A stretch of DNA of 63,940 nt, the filler included, from an uncultured Methanosarcinales archaeon (GTDB lineage Archaea; Nanobdellota; Nanobdellia; Woesearchaeales; JAGLXL01), in NCBI GenBank assembly GCA_964472345.1. It is 5 parts of 5 records of this genome, joined end to end, with 100 filler letters (N's around TTAATTAATTAA, not from the genome) between each part and the next. Parts side by side here need not be neighbours in the genome. Positions count along the whole stretch, not along the records: positions 14,147 to 28,075 come from CAYYLB010000032.1; positions 28,176 to 41,645 come from CAYYLB010000033.1; 3 more parts are not named here. One strand, 5' to 3'. The translations under genes and the position numbers were made by a program. Of this stretch, positions 19,070 to 29,551 are shown in pieces. The notes under the pieces are model-generated. The model ran no database searches. It saw only the letters and a program-made list of their open reading frames with translations, and had not been told where the DNA came from. Numbering within the stretch: position 1 is the first letter of the stretch; every line of letters starts with the position of its first letter.

Positions 19070-19948
19070 ATGAAACGGAAACGTCATCAAGCGGTCGCAG
19101 CGCTTCTTCTTGGCCTTGGCGCTGCCATCGGACTCTATATTCTCCATCGGTTTACTCCAATTCAGGTGGCTGATCCCGTCGAAAACCGGGGGCAGCCAGA
19201 GGCGCAAGTTCCGGAAGCAGAGCGGGGGGCTTTTGGGCTCTACCGGCACGCGCTGGATGCGGTGATGGGTGAGTACCGGGGCGTCCTTCTGCGCCGGCGT
19301 CCAGAAGATGGAACGTCGCGGCTAGAACGCGTTGCTCATCTGGGCTACGAAGAGGTGGGGGATTCGATGGAGTATGACACCCTACTAAAAGATGACATGG
19401 ATGACACCATACCGGCGGGCGTAGGTTATTCCCTTGCACAGAATTTTCACTCTCTTTTTCAGCAGCATGCAACGGATGGTACGCTGGGAATCCTCCTCGT
19501 CGACTTCACACACTTGCGGGCTGCCGAAGAAACTCTCGGCCATTTCTATCAGCTTGCCTTTGCTGCGGAGAATCCGTTCGTGTTCCATTACGATTCGTAC
19601 ATTCATCCCCCTCATGTTGCCCAGTTCTGCCTTCCACTCCAGACAACCCCCGTGCAGACTGGCCGGCAGGTGATCGTCTATGGTGATGTTGATGCCAGCG
19701 TCCAGTTCAGCCTTCTTATGGAGCGAGACTTCTCAGATGTCAATATTTCTAGTACCTTTTTGCTCCCGTCGCCCGCCGATCTTGCTAATGCAGGCATTAG
19801 GACTATCGTTGTGGGGGTCGACCGTACACCCCTGGGATCAGCTTCAGCTTCGCTTCCACCCGACTATGGAGCCCACGATAAACTTCGCGCTTATTTTGAA
19901 AAATTAAAAAGAGATGGTTTCGGGGTTTCTTTTCATGGTATCCGCTGA
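19070..19948 (+). CDS. Hypothetical protein with N-terminal TM anchor
   Basis: TTTATAA box before ATG19070; basic N-terminus followed by a hydrophobic helix. Confidence 0.65.
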   Translation: MKRKRHQAVAALLLGLGAAIGLYILHRFTPIQVADPVENRGQPEAQVPEAERGAFGLYRHALDAVMGEYRGVLLRRRPEDGTSRLERVAHLGYEEVGDSMEYDTLLKDDMDDTIPAGVGYSLAQNFHSLFQQHATDGTLGILLVDFTHLRAAEETLGHFYQLAFAAENPFVFHYDSYIHPPHVAQFCLPLQTTPVQTGRQVIVYGDVDASVQFSLLMERDFSDVNISSTFLLPSPADLANAGIRTIVVGVDRTPLGSASASLPPDYGAHDKLRAYFEKLKRDGFGVSFHGIR

Positions 19949-19974
19949 TGATACATTGTTTTTGCTTCCGTTCG

Positions 19975-20673
19975 TTATTCTACCGTGATGGTGATCTTAT
20001 CTCCGATATCGATTTCGACATCCGGCTTTAGCGGATCCGCTGAACCGTCCGCAGTCACTTTCATGCATTGGGCAATGATCACCGTTGGCGGCAGAACATT
20101 CTCCCCAGCTATATTGCCAGTGAGACAGAAGTTGAGAAAGGTACTGATGCACTCGCTTGCAACACCAGCGCCGTATTTCCGTGCGATGAGCTGAGCGAGC
20201 TCGCTATCCTTCTCCTCAAGTTTTTGCTTTTCCCCCTCAAGTGCATTTTTTAGCTCTTCTTCTTTGTCTGTTGCTGCCTGTTCGAGATTGTCCTTGAGCT
20301 GTCGAAGCTTGTTCAGGACGTCTCCTCCGCTCCCGTCTCCTTCTATCAGTTTCCGCAGCAGCGCGTCGATATCAATAGTGCAGGAGCGTATCATGTCTTT
20401 TGCTGTCGCACGCTTTTTTTCTAGGTGCAACTTCTGCAGATCTTCGAGCGCTTTCTTGACTTTTTCCTCGAGGCCATCACTATACTCCGGCAGCGTCGTG
20501 CTCGTTTCTATCCTCTTGAAGCCATCCTCGCAGACAAGCTCCTGTGCAGTTTCATCGGCTCCATCGACAACCTCGATGCTGGTGCTTCCCGATGCCTGCA
20601 CAGCGATTACTACTGCAACAATCATAAAGACGCCTATGGCAGCTCCGATGCACACACGCTCTGGTTGTTTCAT
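19975..20673 (-). CDS. Secreted coiled-coil protein
   Basis: Signal peptide, K/E-rich helical core, Cys near both ends; third gene of a tight operon. Confidence 0.7.
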   Translation of the reverse strand: MKQPERVCIGAAIGVFMIVAVVIAVQASGSTSIEVVDGADETAQELVCEDGFKRIETSTTLPEYSDGLEEKVKKALEDLQKLHLEKKRATAKDMIRSCTIDIDALLRKLIEGDGSGGDVLNKLRQLKDNLEQAATDKEEELKNALEGEKQKLEEKDSELAQLIARKYGAGVASECISTFLNFCLTGNIAGENVLPPTVIIAQCMKVTADGSADPLKPDVEIDIGDKITITVE

Positions 20674-20685
20674 TTTTGCGGAACC

Positions 20686-21372
20686 TCACTTAAAATACAT
20701 CTCAAATTTTGTCTTCACCACGCGCGCCGGCACGCGATCTCCAGCTTCGAGCACATCGCAGATCGTTGCTTCCTTGGGAAGCAGGTTATCGAATGTGAAG
20801 CACTCACACACCCCAATCTCAAAGTTTGGCGTTATCTCTGTCACTATTCCAAACGCACCGCGGTCTATGTCAGCAACCTTTTCGACTGCCTCTTTTACCT
20901 CTTTCTTGAACGTGTCTGACGTTACGATGGCTTCACACTGGCTGCGGATATCATCCTGAAGCTGCTCCAACCCGCCGTAGGTTGTCGCATCACCCACAAT
21001 AAGGCCCGCGGCTTGTGCTGAGGTCAGCCCCGCAATCGCCCTTTTGAGCTCTTTATCTGTTTGAACCGCCAAAGCCCCTTCGAGGAAGTCTTTGATGTCC
21101 TTTCCCACCTCTTGAGCTACTTTTTTCTTGAGCTTATCGACGCTAAACGTGTCGGGATTTTCAACCGGTTCATTGAGGATGAGCTGTGAGGTACAGACTT
21201 TAATCTCTTTTTCTTTACACGAGAAACTATCAAGCGCGCTTTCCATTGATTGGCTATCCTCGAGCACCTTCACAATCGGTTCGACGCCAAATTCAGCGCC
21301 CATCGCCAACGCTGCGAAAAAAACCACCATCACAGCTGCTGCCCCCGTCCTGAACCTCTTCAGTCCTTTCAT
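20686..21372 (-). CDS. Secreted helical protein
   Basis: Signal peptide; 1-nt and 12-nt gaps to neighbouring genes. Confidence 0.7.
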   Translation of the reverse strand: MKGLKRFRTGAAAVMVVFFAALAMGAEFGVEPIVKVLEDSQSMESALDSFSCKEKEIKVCTSQLILNEPVENPDTFSVDKLKKKVAQEVGKDIKDFLEGALAVQTDKELKRAIAGLTSAQAAGLIVGDATTYGGLEQLQDDIRSQCEAIVTSDTFKKEVKEAVEKVADIDRGAFGIVTEITPNFEIGVCECFTFDNLLPKEATICDVLEAGDRVPARVVKTKFEMYFK

Positions 21373-21373
21373 C

Positions 21374-22327
21374 TTAGGTTTGCGGGGCGGGCAGCGTAGA
21401 ACTCACTGTAACCGGCCCTTCGCATACGACCTTCGGTGCCATAAACGGAAAGACAGCTTTTTCGATACGCGCGACGCCACTGCTGATGATTTCCTTTTCC
21501 GTAAGCTGTTCCTCATTCGCTTCAGCCGCCAGGCTGTCCAGTATCCCGAGGACATCAGGGGTTTTTTGCGCAACCGTCCTTTTGTAGTCTGCGACGCTGA
21601 GTCCATATTCCTCGTATGCTGTTTTTAGGAGGTCGCTGAAGCTCGCGTATCTCCTTTCAAGCTCCCGCAGGGCTTTCTGTTGTTGCTCGTCCAGTTTTTT
21701 CAGAGTGTTTTCATACGACTCTTGCAGGCGGCACGGCTCGCAGTTCGGGTTTTTATCACAGACGGCAAGCTTTCCCGGCGCCGGTTTCATGTTGATGCAC
21801 GCGGGAATCTTGTTCTTTTGCTCGACAAGGCGGTCATTGAGGTACTTGTTGACGGCTGCGATGGTTTTTCGCAGCTCCGCAACCTCGTTGGGGCTCGCCT
21901 TCTCTGCTTTGTAAAGCGCCTCGATCGCCCCTTGTTTCTTTAGGATGGACCGAATGTGAGGCTCGTCCACAAGTGCCGCGAGCTCCCGCATCGACGTTGC
22001 TGTAGCAGGACCATATGCCCGATCTCGCGCGTAGAGTTCAACTGCCTTCGCGGTCTGCTGGACTGTTGTTGCTTCCTGAGCGAGTGCGGGGTCACCTAGT
22101 TCTTCGGCGAATGTCTTAAGTTCCGTACCTGTGTCGTACAGTTCATCTGCGGTTGTTTTAAGGCTCGCAGGAATTTGCTGCGTGCTTTCCCGCGTTGCGA
22201 CGGATTTCGCCTTCCCCACCAGATTCGTGGCGGGCGCAACGAGCGTGGCAACCAGCCCCACCACCGCTACAAGCGCAACAATCGCAAGAACAATGACTTC
22301 AGCCTGCAGGACGTCCTTGTTCACCAT
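21374..22327 (-). CDS. Membrane-anchored or secreted helical protein with CxxCxxC patch
   Basis: IVLAIVALVAVVGLV...VGKA N-terminus; TTTAAATA box and SD upstream. Confidence 0.75.
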   Translation of the reverse strand: MVNKDVLQAEVIVLAIVALVAVVGLVATLVAPATNLVGKAKSVATRESTQQIPASLKTTADELYDTGTELKTFAEELGDPALAQEATTVQQTAKAVELYARDRAYGPATATSMRELAALVDEPHIRSILKKQGAIEALYKAEKASPNEVAELRKTIAAVNKYLNDRLVEQKNKIPACINMKPAPGKLAVCDKNPNCEPCRLQESYENTLKKLDEQQQKALRELERRYASFSDLLKTAYEEYGLSVADYKRTVAQKTPDVLGILDSLAAEANEEQLTEKEIISSGVARIEKAVFPFMAPKVVCEGPVTVSSTLPAPQT

Positions 22328-22371
22328 CGCATCACCCTTTGCGCCCCAGGATGCTCCGATAATATTTAAAC

Positions 22372-24576
22372 CTATGCGAGGGCATTTGACAGGATCCTCC
22401 CCGCGATGATGTTGAACAGCAGCATGACCGCAAGGCTCAGCAGGCAGTACAGCACCGTCGCGCTCAGCGTGGAGGTGCCGAGCAGGTAGCGCTCCTGCAG
22501 CTTGTCCGCGCCGTTCTCGATCCCGTTGCTGAGGATAGTCAGGATCATCGTGATCTGCACGACATAGATTCCGACCACGATCTGGAAATAGTAGGTAGGC
22601 ACGCCGTTGCCGAACAGCGTCACGATGCCGCCCAGCCCCGCGGTCGCCTGCGCTCCCTGCTCCGTCAGCGCAGCGATCTGCTTGCTCAGCTTGATCAGGA
22701 TGGTGGTGATCATCGAGGTGATCCCGACCACGATGCCCGCAATCGCCGGCGTCAGGAACCGGATCTGCCCTTTCATGGACGCGATGATCTCTGCCAGCAG
22801 GTCGCGGAGCCGCTCGTCCACCCGGTGGATCTCCTTCATGTAGCGCGACATCGAGATGAGCGCCTGCGCCGCGATCTTCGGCCCCTTCCTGCTGCTCTCG
22901 ACGAGCACGCGCATCGAGCTTTCAATCGCCTTCGAAGGGAAGAATATCAGCGCCCCGCGCGTGGGATGGAAGATGGCATCCTGCACGCTCATGCCCTGCT
23001 CGGTGATGTTCCTGCTCACCAGCAGAAAGAACTCTCCGGAGGCGGTGCCCTGCATGACCTGCGCGACCTTGCTGAACGCGATTTCCGCGGGGATTCCGTC
23101 GCCGAGCCGGTTGCCGAGCTGGAACAGCGCTGACGCGAACTCATCCTCAAGCCGCTTGGTCTTCTCCCGGACCGCAAAGACATTCTTGCTCCGCAATGAG
23201 AAGTACAGTCCGGCGCCTACGCCGAGCGCGAGGGTGACGAACAGCGACAGCAGCGCCGCGCCCAGGCCGTAGGGTCCGATGCGCTGCTCGGCCGGGCACT
23301 GATCTCCCTGCGGACAGACATAGCCGAGGAACGAGAATGTCTCGCCGGCAAAGGTGAAGTCATACGCGGGGTTCGCGGCGTGCAGCAGCAGCGGAAGCAG
23401 GCCGACCAGCAGCAGCACGGAGCCGGCAATGGCCGCGATGATCAGCGGCGGCACCCGCACCTCTTTCCCGCCGAACCTGAGCAGGATGCTGCGGTACTTC
23501 GCAAGCTCCGGGTTCCCTTCCGTGATGTCCGCCTGCCCATAGCCCGTGGGGCGCTTCGCGAGCACGACCTTGCTGAGGTAGTACACTCCGACAGGCAGGA
23601 TCACATTGTAAAGCGCCGCAATGTACAAAGCGAGCGTCCGCGGCGACGCGCTGTCTCCTGCCATGAAGCTGACGACGAGCGGAAGGATCACGAGACCCAG
23701 GATCGGCAGGATGATGCCGAGCATGTGCAGCATGGTGATGGGGCTTTGCAGCCCATGCGCATAGTGAAGCATTTTCTCGTAGGTTTCGGTGAGCATCACG
23801 CTCAGCGCCTTGTCCAGCACATCCAGGCGCCTGCTCTCGCCCGGCTCATACAGCGAGCCTTCAATCAGGTGAAATGACTCGATGAACTCCTGGTTCCACT
23901 TCTTCCAGGTGGCGAGGTAATGGTCGAGCGACTCTTTGATGGTCTCAAACGCTCCCGTCTCGACGTCCCACAGCACTTTCTTCAGGTCCAGCGAGAGCGG
24001 AGGCCCGAGGCGGTCGGACGCGAACTCGACCGCCCGCTCGAGATTTGAGGTGTGGCGCATGTAGGTGACCACATAAAAGATGCACTGCACCATCTGGTTG
24101 CTCGCCTTGAGCCGCCAGCTGTTCGCAAGGAAATCCGGCAGGCGCTGCAGCGGATAGATGAGCGCAATGCTTCCGATGAAGAAGAGCGCGGCAAGGACCA
24201 GCGACCGCGTCGCCAGAAACACGGGCAGCGCAGTCACGAGACCGGCGAGAAACGGCACGATGACCGCAAATGACGCAGTGCCCGCAGGCGTCACTTCGAG
24301 GTGCGTGATCGCAATGGCCTCGAGCAGCTCCGCAGCGCGCTTCGCATCCGGCCGTATCTTCAGCAGCCGCTCCGCGATCTGGCAGGCGCGCTCATACAGC
24401 GAGAGGTGGCGCGGCAGGAAGGTGCGCTTGAAATCCTGATACTCGCGGGAGATGACCTGCGGCGTTGCCTGCACGCGCTGCGCGCCGAGCTCTGCCTGCA
24501 GCCGCTGGCGGTACTTCTTGATGATCCCCTCGTCGAGTGCCATCAGCGCCCCCGCTTGAGCTCCCGCTTGAGCCAC
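22372..24576 (-). CDS. Type IV pilus / T2SS-F (TadC/ArlJ-like) membrane platform protein
   Basis: Polytopic protein with two platform-like halves; overlaps the upstream secretion ATPase gene. Confidence 0.8.
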   Translation of the reverse strand: MAQAGAQAGALMALDEGIIKKYRQRLQAELGAQRVQATPQVISREYQDFKRTFLPRHLSLYERACQIAERLLKIRPDAKRAAELLEAIAITHLEVTPAGTASFAVIVPFLAGLVTALPVFLATRSLVLAALFFIGSIALIYPLQRLPDFLANSWRLKASNQMVQCIFYVVTYMRHTSNLERAVEFASDRLGPPLSLDLKKVLWDVETGAFETIKESLDHYLATWKKWNQEFIESFHLIEGSLYEPGESRRLDVLDKALSVMLTETYEKMLHYAHGLQSPITMLHMLGIILPILGLVILPLVVSFMAGDSASPRTLALYIAALYNVILPVGVYYLSKVVLAKRPTGYGQADITEGNPELAKYRSILLRFGGKEVRVPPLIIAAIAGSVLLLVGLLPLLLHAANPAYDFTFAGETFSFLGYVCPQGDQCPAEQRIGPYGLGAALLSLFVTLALGVGAGLYFSLRSKNVFAVREKTKRLEDEFASALFQLGNRLGDGIPAEIAFSKVAQVMQGTASGEFFLLVSRNITEQGMSVQDAIFHPTRGALIFFPSKAIESSMRVLVESSRKGPKIAAQALISMSRYMKEIHRVDERLRDLLAEIIASMKGQIRFLTPAIAGIVVGITSMITTILIKLSKQIAALTEQGAQATAGLGGIVTLFGNGVPTYYFQIVVGIYVVQITMILTILSNGIENGADKLQERYLLGTSTLSATVLYCLLSLAVMLLFNIIAGRILSNALA

Positions 24577-26825
24577 TCCGTGAACTCAAACAGCACGCGC
24601 TTCGAGTCGATCCCGCCCGATTCCTCCTTCACGCGGTCGACGATCATATGGAACATCTCATTGCTCGCCTTGACCATGCCCGCTTCGAGCAGCTCAGGAT
24701 TCTTCGTTTTTTCCGCCGCGGCGGCGACGGCGTTTTTGACGCTCGCGCGCAGCTGGATGTTCTCCCACACCGCATCCCAGTTGCCGGCGAAGTCTTTCAC
24801 GTTCGCTGCGATGTCTTTCAGGACCTCGGAATTGCCGTTCATCAGCTCGTCCGTGACCTCAAGCTGGTCCGTCACCGGGTTGTATTTCATGAGGTCGACG
24901 AACCCATGCTCCTGCAGCGGATCGTTTTCCCACGTCTTGCGCACTTCGGTGATCTGCAGGATGCGCCGCTGCTTGCGCAGCCCCGCGGCCGTCCGGATGG
25001 GGTTGGCGACGATGATGATGTCCGTCGCCTTGAAGCTCGTCCGCGGCACGCCGATATCGTTCACCACGCGGTCGAACACGCCGTAGGGGCTCGCGCCGTG
25101 GATCGTGCCCGCGACCACATTCGCTGCCGCGCCGACACGCATCGCCTCGTACAGGGCCTTTGCTTCCTTGCTGCGCACCTCGCCGATGATGAGCGCGCTG
25201 TCGCCCATGCGCAGCGTCGTGCGGATGCCGCGCGTCGCGCTCACTTCAGACGTTTCCTTGCCCGCGAGCGCGCTCGCCACCTTGAGCGACTGGAGATTGT
25301 AGCCAAGCTTGCGGAGCGCATCCGTCGGCAGCTCGAGCGTGTCTTCGATCGTGATGATGCGGTAGCGCGGCATGATCTCGGTGAGGATGGAGCCGAGCAG
25401 GCTTGTCTTGCCGGAGCTGCGCGTCCCCGCGACGAGCATCGTCCGCGTCCCGTCGATCAGGAACGAAAGCAGGCCCGCAGCTAAGCCGTTCATCATCTTG
25501 ACGCTCATGAACAGCGGGAACGTCCACGGCCGGTCGCGGTGCCGGCGGAACGAGAACGCGAGCCCTGAGGGATTCAGCGGCTGCGTGACCGCAGCGACGC
25601 GCGATGCCATGCCCGGGATGCGCAGTTCCGTATCGAGGACGGAATTCGCCTCGTCCAGCGGCCTGCCGGAGATCAGGCGCAGCTTGGTTGCCCAGCTTTC
25701 CGCTTCCGCAGGCGTCGGTATGATGTTGGTGTCGCAGTCATCAAAATCCTGATGGACGATGAAGATGGGCGTCTCCCCCATCGGAGAGTTCAGGGAGACA
25801 TCCTGGATTTTCGGATCCGCAAGCAGCACCTCGATCAGGCCAAAGCCGACGGTGTAGCGCAGAAGCACCTGCGCGAGCTCATCCATCTCCTCATTTGCCA
25901 GCCGCAGGCCCCGGTAGCGCGCCAAGTCCCCGATAAGGTCGCGGCCGACGCTGAAAAACACCTCCCGCATCCGTTCAGGATCGACAAACTCCGACTTGTC
26001 CGGCTTGTGCTCCGCCATGATCTTGCGCGCGGTGTCCAGCAGCTCGTACTTCTCCTCGGAAAACTTGAACTCCGGCGGCACGACATGGTAGAGGGTCTTG
26101 CTGCTCGTGGGAAATCCGAAGATCGTGACTTCCGTGTTGCCGAGCGCATAGTTGTCGAGCACCGACCCTTCCGTCGGATAGGATGCCATCAGCTTGGTGA
26201 ACATGAAATCCGGCGTAATCGCGGGATGGAAGAGCTTGCGGTAGACGTCGCGGTTGCCGGGGGTGAAGCCTGCCGCATACGGCCGCGCGAGGGTGATGAG
26301 CCGTGTCTTGTCGAGCAGCTCAAGGATGTTCGTGACCTCGGTTGAGAATGAGTCGGAGCAGCGCAGCCCCTGCCGGTCGGTCAGGTACTCCTGCCTGATC
26401 TTCTCGCTGCGCAGCAGCCGCCGCAGCTGGAGAGACGCGGCGACCGGATCGCTCTTGAGCATGGTGAACAGCAGGTACTGCAGGCTGGCGTAGCTCCCCC
26501 GCAGGTACCGCTCGCACCCGCTCGCACCGACAAGGCTCGAATAGCTCAGCTGCGGATCCCTGCTCAGGCGCTTGTAGAGCTGCGCCAGCTCATTGAGCAG
26601 CTGCGTCTGGTAATAGTCATATTCATAATCGCGCTTCTGCACCAGAACAAGCTTCGTGACCCCGCTCGTCTCCGCAAGCAGCTCGACCGTCTTCCCCATG
26701 CAGATTGCGCTGTCCTCAATCGACGGCGGGAAGGTGCACCATTCGCAGTTGATGCGCAGCGTCCGGTCTTCGCCTTCCTGGACGACCTCGGAGGTAAAGC
26801 ATGCCTGCCTGTCAAAAAGTGCCAT
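24543..26825 (-). CDS. Type II/IV secretion ATPase (ArlI/TadA/VirB11-like)
   Basis: GTRSSGKT, ITIEDTLEL, IIGEVR, GTIHG. Confidence 0.92.
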   Translation of the reverse strand: MALFDRQACFTSEVVQEGEDRTLRINCEWCTFPPSIEDSAICMGKTVELLAETSGVTKLVLVQKRDYEYDYYQTQLLNELAQLYKRLSRDPQLSYSSLVGASGCERYLRGSYASLQYLLFTMLKSDPVAASLQLRRLLRSEKIRQEYLTDRQGLRCSDSFSTEVTNILELLDKTRLITLARPYAAGFTPGNRDVYRKLFHPAITPDFMFTKLMASYPTEGSVLDNYALGNTEVTIFGFPTSSKTLYHVVPPEFKFSEEKYELLDTARKIMAEHKPDKSEFVDPERMREVFFSVGRDLIGDLARYRGLRLANEEMDELAQVLLRYTVGFGLIEVLLADPKIQDVSLNSPMGETPIFIVHQDFDDCDTNIIPTPAEAESWATKLRLISGRPLDEANSVLDTELRIPGMASRVAAVTQPLNPSGLAFSFRRHRDRPWTFPLFMSVKMMNGLAAGLLSFLIDGTRTMLVAGTRSSGKTSLLGSILTEIMPRYRIITIEDTLELPTDALRKLGYNLQSLKVASALAGKETSEVSATRGIRTTLRMGDSALIIGEVRSKEAKALYEAMRVGAAANVVAGTIHGASPYGVFDRVVNDIGVPRTSFKATDIIIVANPIRTAAGLRKQRRILQITEVRKTWENDPLQEHGFVDLMKYNPVTDQLEVTDELMNGNSEVLKDIAANVKDFAGNWDAVWENIQLRASVKNAVAAAAEKTKNPELLEAGMVKASNEMFHMIVDRVKEESGGIDSKRVLFEFTEWLKRELKRGR

Positions 26826-26942
26826 GATCCCTCTCTTTTCCCTGAAGACTTTTACTACCTGCGGAAGCTCACACAGGTTTATTAAGGCGTTGCCCGTTTT
26901 AAATCGTATGGCATTTAAAAACACTTCGATTCGTGATCGCTG

Positions 26943-27437
26943 ATGGCACGGCCACCGCTTCCGCCGGCAGGGCAGGAGCCGCCGTCCCCCGGCATTGATG
27001 CGGGAGCCCTCACCATGCGGCTGCGTCTCGTGGAGGAAAAAGCGGCCAACCTCAACCGCAAGGTGGAGCTTCTTGAGAGCAATGGGGTGTCGTTCCAGCG
27101 GAAGATGAAAGACGAGCTGCGCCTGCTCGATTCCGACACGCTCGAGCTCAAGAACGCGGTTGAGCAGCTCCGCCAGCAGATGGACCTTGTCATCCGGGAG
27201 CTGAAGCTTGCCGCGGGAAAACACGAGCTGCAGACGCTGCAGCGCTACCTCGACCTGTGGAACCCCGCTCGCTTCGTGACGCGCGATGAGCTCAGCCGGA
27301 TGATGGCAGGCACAGCTCATAAGGAGTCTGACCAGGAGATCGACAGCCCGGCGTCGGAGGAGGAAGAACCATCACCGCCAGCCGCGGATGCGGATGACCA
27401 TGCCGCCGAAGGTGCCGGGAAATCGAAGCGTTTATAA
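26943..27437 (+). CDS. Coiled-coil hypothetical protein
   Basis: Host-like codon usage, TATA upstream, divergent from the ATPase gene. Confidence 0.7.
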   Translation: MARPPLPPAGQEPPSPGIDAGALTMRLRLVEEKAANLNRKVELLESNGVSFQRKMKDELRLLDSDTLELKNAVEQLRQQMDLVIRELKLAAGKHELQTLQRYLDLWNPARFVTRDELSRMMAGTAHKESDQEIDSPASEEEEPSPPAADADDHAAEGAGKSKRL

Positions 27438-27463
27438 AGAATGATTGATTAAAAACCGCAACG

Positions 27464-28075
27464 ATGGTGCTGTTCGGTGGGCGCGGGCAAGGTTCAGTCA
27501 TGCAGCAGGTTCTTCAGATGCGCCAGCAGGGCACGAGCGACAACCAGATCGTGCAGGCATTGCAGCGGCAGGGCGTCGCAACACAGGAGATTTTTGATGC
27601 GCTCTCGCAGGCAGACCTGACGGCCATCACTGCGGCAGAGGAGGCGCCGGCTCCCCAGGATGTTTCTCAGGCCGGGGAGTATCCGCCTGCGGCTGGGAGA
27701 GGTGCTGCTCAAGAAGGGTATGGATACAGTCCTGACGCAGCGCCGGCAGACGAGCGGATCCAGCAGGTCGCAGAGGCGATCATCAACGAGAAATGGGAAG
27801 AGCTCGCGGGAGAGGTGCAGAAGGTCGTCGCGTGGAAGGAGCAGGTCGAAACCGAGTTGCAGAAGCTGCAGGATGCGCTTGCCGCGCTCAAGGAGGAGTT
27901 CCGCCAGCTCCATCAGGGCGTGCTCGGCAAGGTCGGCGAGTACGACGAGCGCATGCGCGACGTCTCTGCGGACCTGAAAGCCGTGCAGAAGGTCTTCAAG
28001 GATGTTATTCCCTCATTTACGGAGAATGTCGCGGAGCTGTCGCGCGTGGCGAAGGCGATGAAGAAGGGAAAATAG
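27464..28075 (+). CDS. Coiled-coil hypothetical protein
   Basis: N-terminal small helical domain, linker, then IQQVAEAIINEKWEEL coiled coil. Confidence 0.75.
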   Translation: MVLFGGRGQGSVMQQVLQMRQQGTSDNQIVQALQRQGVATQEIFDALSQADLTAITAAEEAPAPQDVSQAGEYPPAAGRGAAQEGYGYSPDAAPADERIQQVAEAIINEKWEELAGEVQKVVAWKEQVETELQKLQDALAALKEEFRQLHQGVLGKVGEYDERMRDVSADLKAVQKVFKDVIPSFTENVAELSRVAKAMKKGK

Positions 28076-28175
28076 NNNNNNNNNNNNNNNNNNNNNNNNN
28101 NNNNNNNNNNNNNNNNNNNTTAATTAATTAANNNNNNNNNNNNNNNNNNNNNNNNNNNNNNNNNNNNNNNNNNNN

Positions 28176-29531
28176 GAAATAGCAAGACTTCCAAGATTTG
28201 TTTCTGAGTTTATGCTTACTAAACTTTCAGAATTTGAAGACGAACCTGAGAAATTCAATGAAAAATACAGAGAAATAATTGATATGATTCATAAACACTA
28301 TCCTGAGCCAAAAGATAAGGATAAAATTCTGAATAAACTTATAGAAGAAAAGTTTTATACCATTATAGATGAATTTAAGGTCGAAGTTGATATTAAAAGA
28401 GAATTAAAAAAAGCACAGATTCCATCATTAAATATCAGAGATGCTATGATTTTTGATTCAATACTAAATAAGAATGAAAACCTTCTTTCTACTGGGATAT
28501 GGGGGATTGCAAAGTTAAATCATGCACAACCAAGACTTGATGAAGATGGAAACAAGATTACAGCTCCTGTTTTAATCGAAGCGTTCAGTCCTTTCCAGGT
28601 CGCGAATGTTAATTTTAAAGAATTTGCAGAAAAAAGAGAGAATTTTACAACAGAAGAATGGGTGAATGTTCTGATAAATACGACTGGCTTAAATCCAGAT
28701 GTGTTTGATGAGCAACAAAAATTGATAATGATTTCAAGGTTTATTTCCTTGGTTGAAGGAAATGTAAACCTAATGGAATTTGGTCCAAGAGCCACAGGAA
28801 AGACTTTCTTTTTTAGGAATATATCATTTTATACAAGAATAATCTCGGGGGGGCAAGTAAGTCCTGCCGTTTTATTCTATAATATCGGCACAAGAACTAT
28901 GGGAGAAATTGGGATTAAAGATGCTATTGTTTTTGACGAAGTTGCAAAGATTCGTTTTGCCAACAGTGATGAAATGATGGGGAAATTAAAAGATTTTATG
29001 GAAAGTGCTCATTTTGAGAGAGGCCCCAAGAAAGCAACATCAACCTGCTCATTAAACTTTGTAGGAAATATTGACGTAAAAGGATTTATTCCTATAGAAG
29101 ATTTTACGTATGTACTTCCTGATTTTATGAGAGATTCAGCATTTATTGATAGGATTAGTGGGCTTGTTCCTGGTTGGCAACTTCCAAAAATTAGAAAACC
29201 TGAAGCACATTTGTCTCAAAACTATGGCTTTTCTGTGGATTATTTTTCAGAAATACTACATGAACTTAGGAAAATGGACTTTCAATCGGAGATTACTAAA
29301 AGAGCCGATTTGGAAAATGTTACTATTAGAGATTATAAAAGTATTATGAAAACTACTGCTGGAATGTTAAAAATTTTATTCCCAAATAGAAAGTTTTCTC
29401 AAGAAGAATTTACTAAAATATTGACTTTCTGTATGGGGTATAGGCAAAGTATAGCAGATTGGTTACAAAAATTAGCACCTGGCGAATTTGAAAAGAAAAA
29501 AATTGAATTTAAACTAAACGTATTTGTTTAG
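28176..29531 (+). CDS. BrxL-like AAA+ protein (BREX-associated), short form without Lon protease domain; 5' truncated
   Basis: FTTEEW, NLMEFGPRATGKT, VFDEV, DSAFIDRI, YGFSVDYFSE; strongly AT-rich. Confidence 0.85.
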   Translation, partial: EIARLPRFVSEFMLTKLSEFEDEPEKFNEKYREIIDMIHKHYPEPKDKDKILNKLIEEKFYTIIDEFKVEVDIKRELKKAQIPSLNIRDAMIFDSILNKNENLLSTGIWGIAKLNHAQPRLDEDGNKITAPVLIEAFSPFQVANVNFKEFAEKRENFTTEEWVNVLINTTGLNPDVFDEQQKLIMISRFISLVEGNVNLMEFGPRATGKTFFFRNISFYTRIISGGQVSPAVLFYNIGTRTMGEIGIKDAIVFDEVAKIRFANSDEMMGKLKDFMESAHFERGPKKATSTCSLNFVGNIDVKGFIPIEDFTYVLPDFMRDSAFIDRISGLVPGWQLPKIRKPEAHLSQNYGFSVDYFSEILHELRKMDFQSEITKRADLENVTIRDYKSIMKTTAGMLKILFPNRKFSQEEFTKILTFCMGYRQSIADWLQKLAPGEFEKKKIEFKLNVFV

Positions 29532-29551
29532 AGGTTTCCGCATTCCCCGCT

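Noticed and set aside
26826..27320. N-terminal extension of the 925-aa ATPase ORF
   Set aside because: It overlaps the divergent gene and its promoter. The SD-preceded ATG at 26825 is the likely start.
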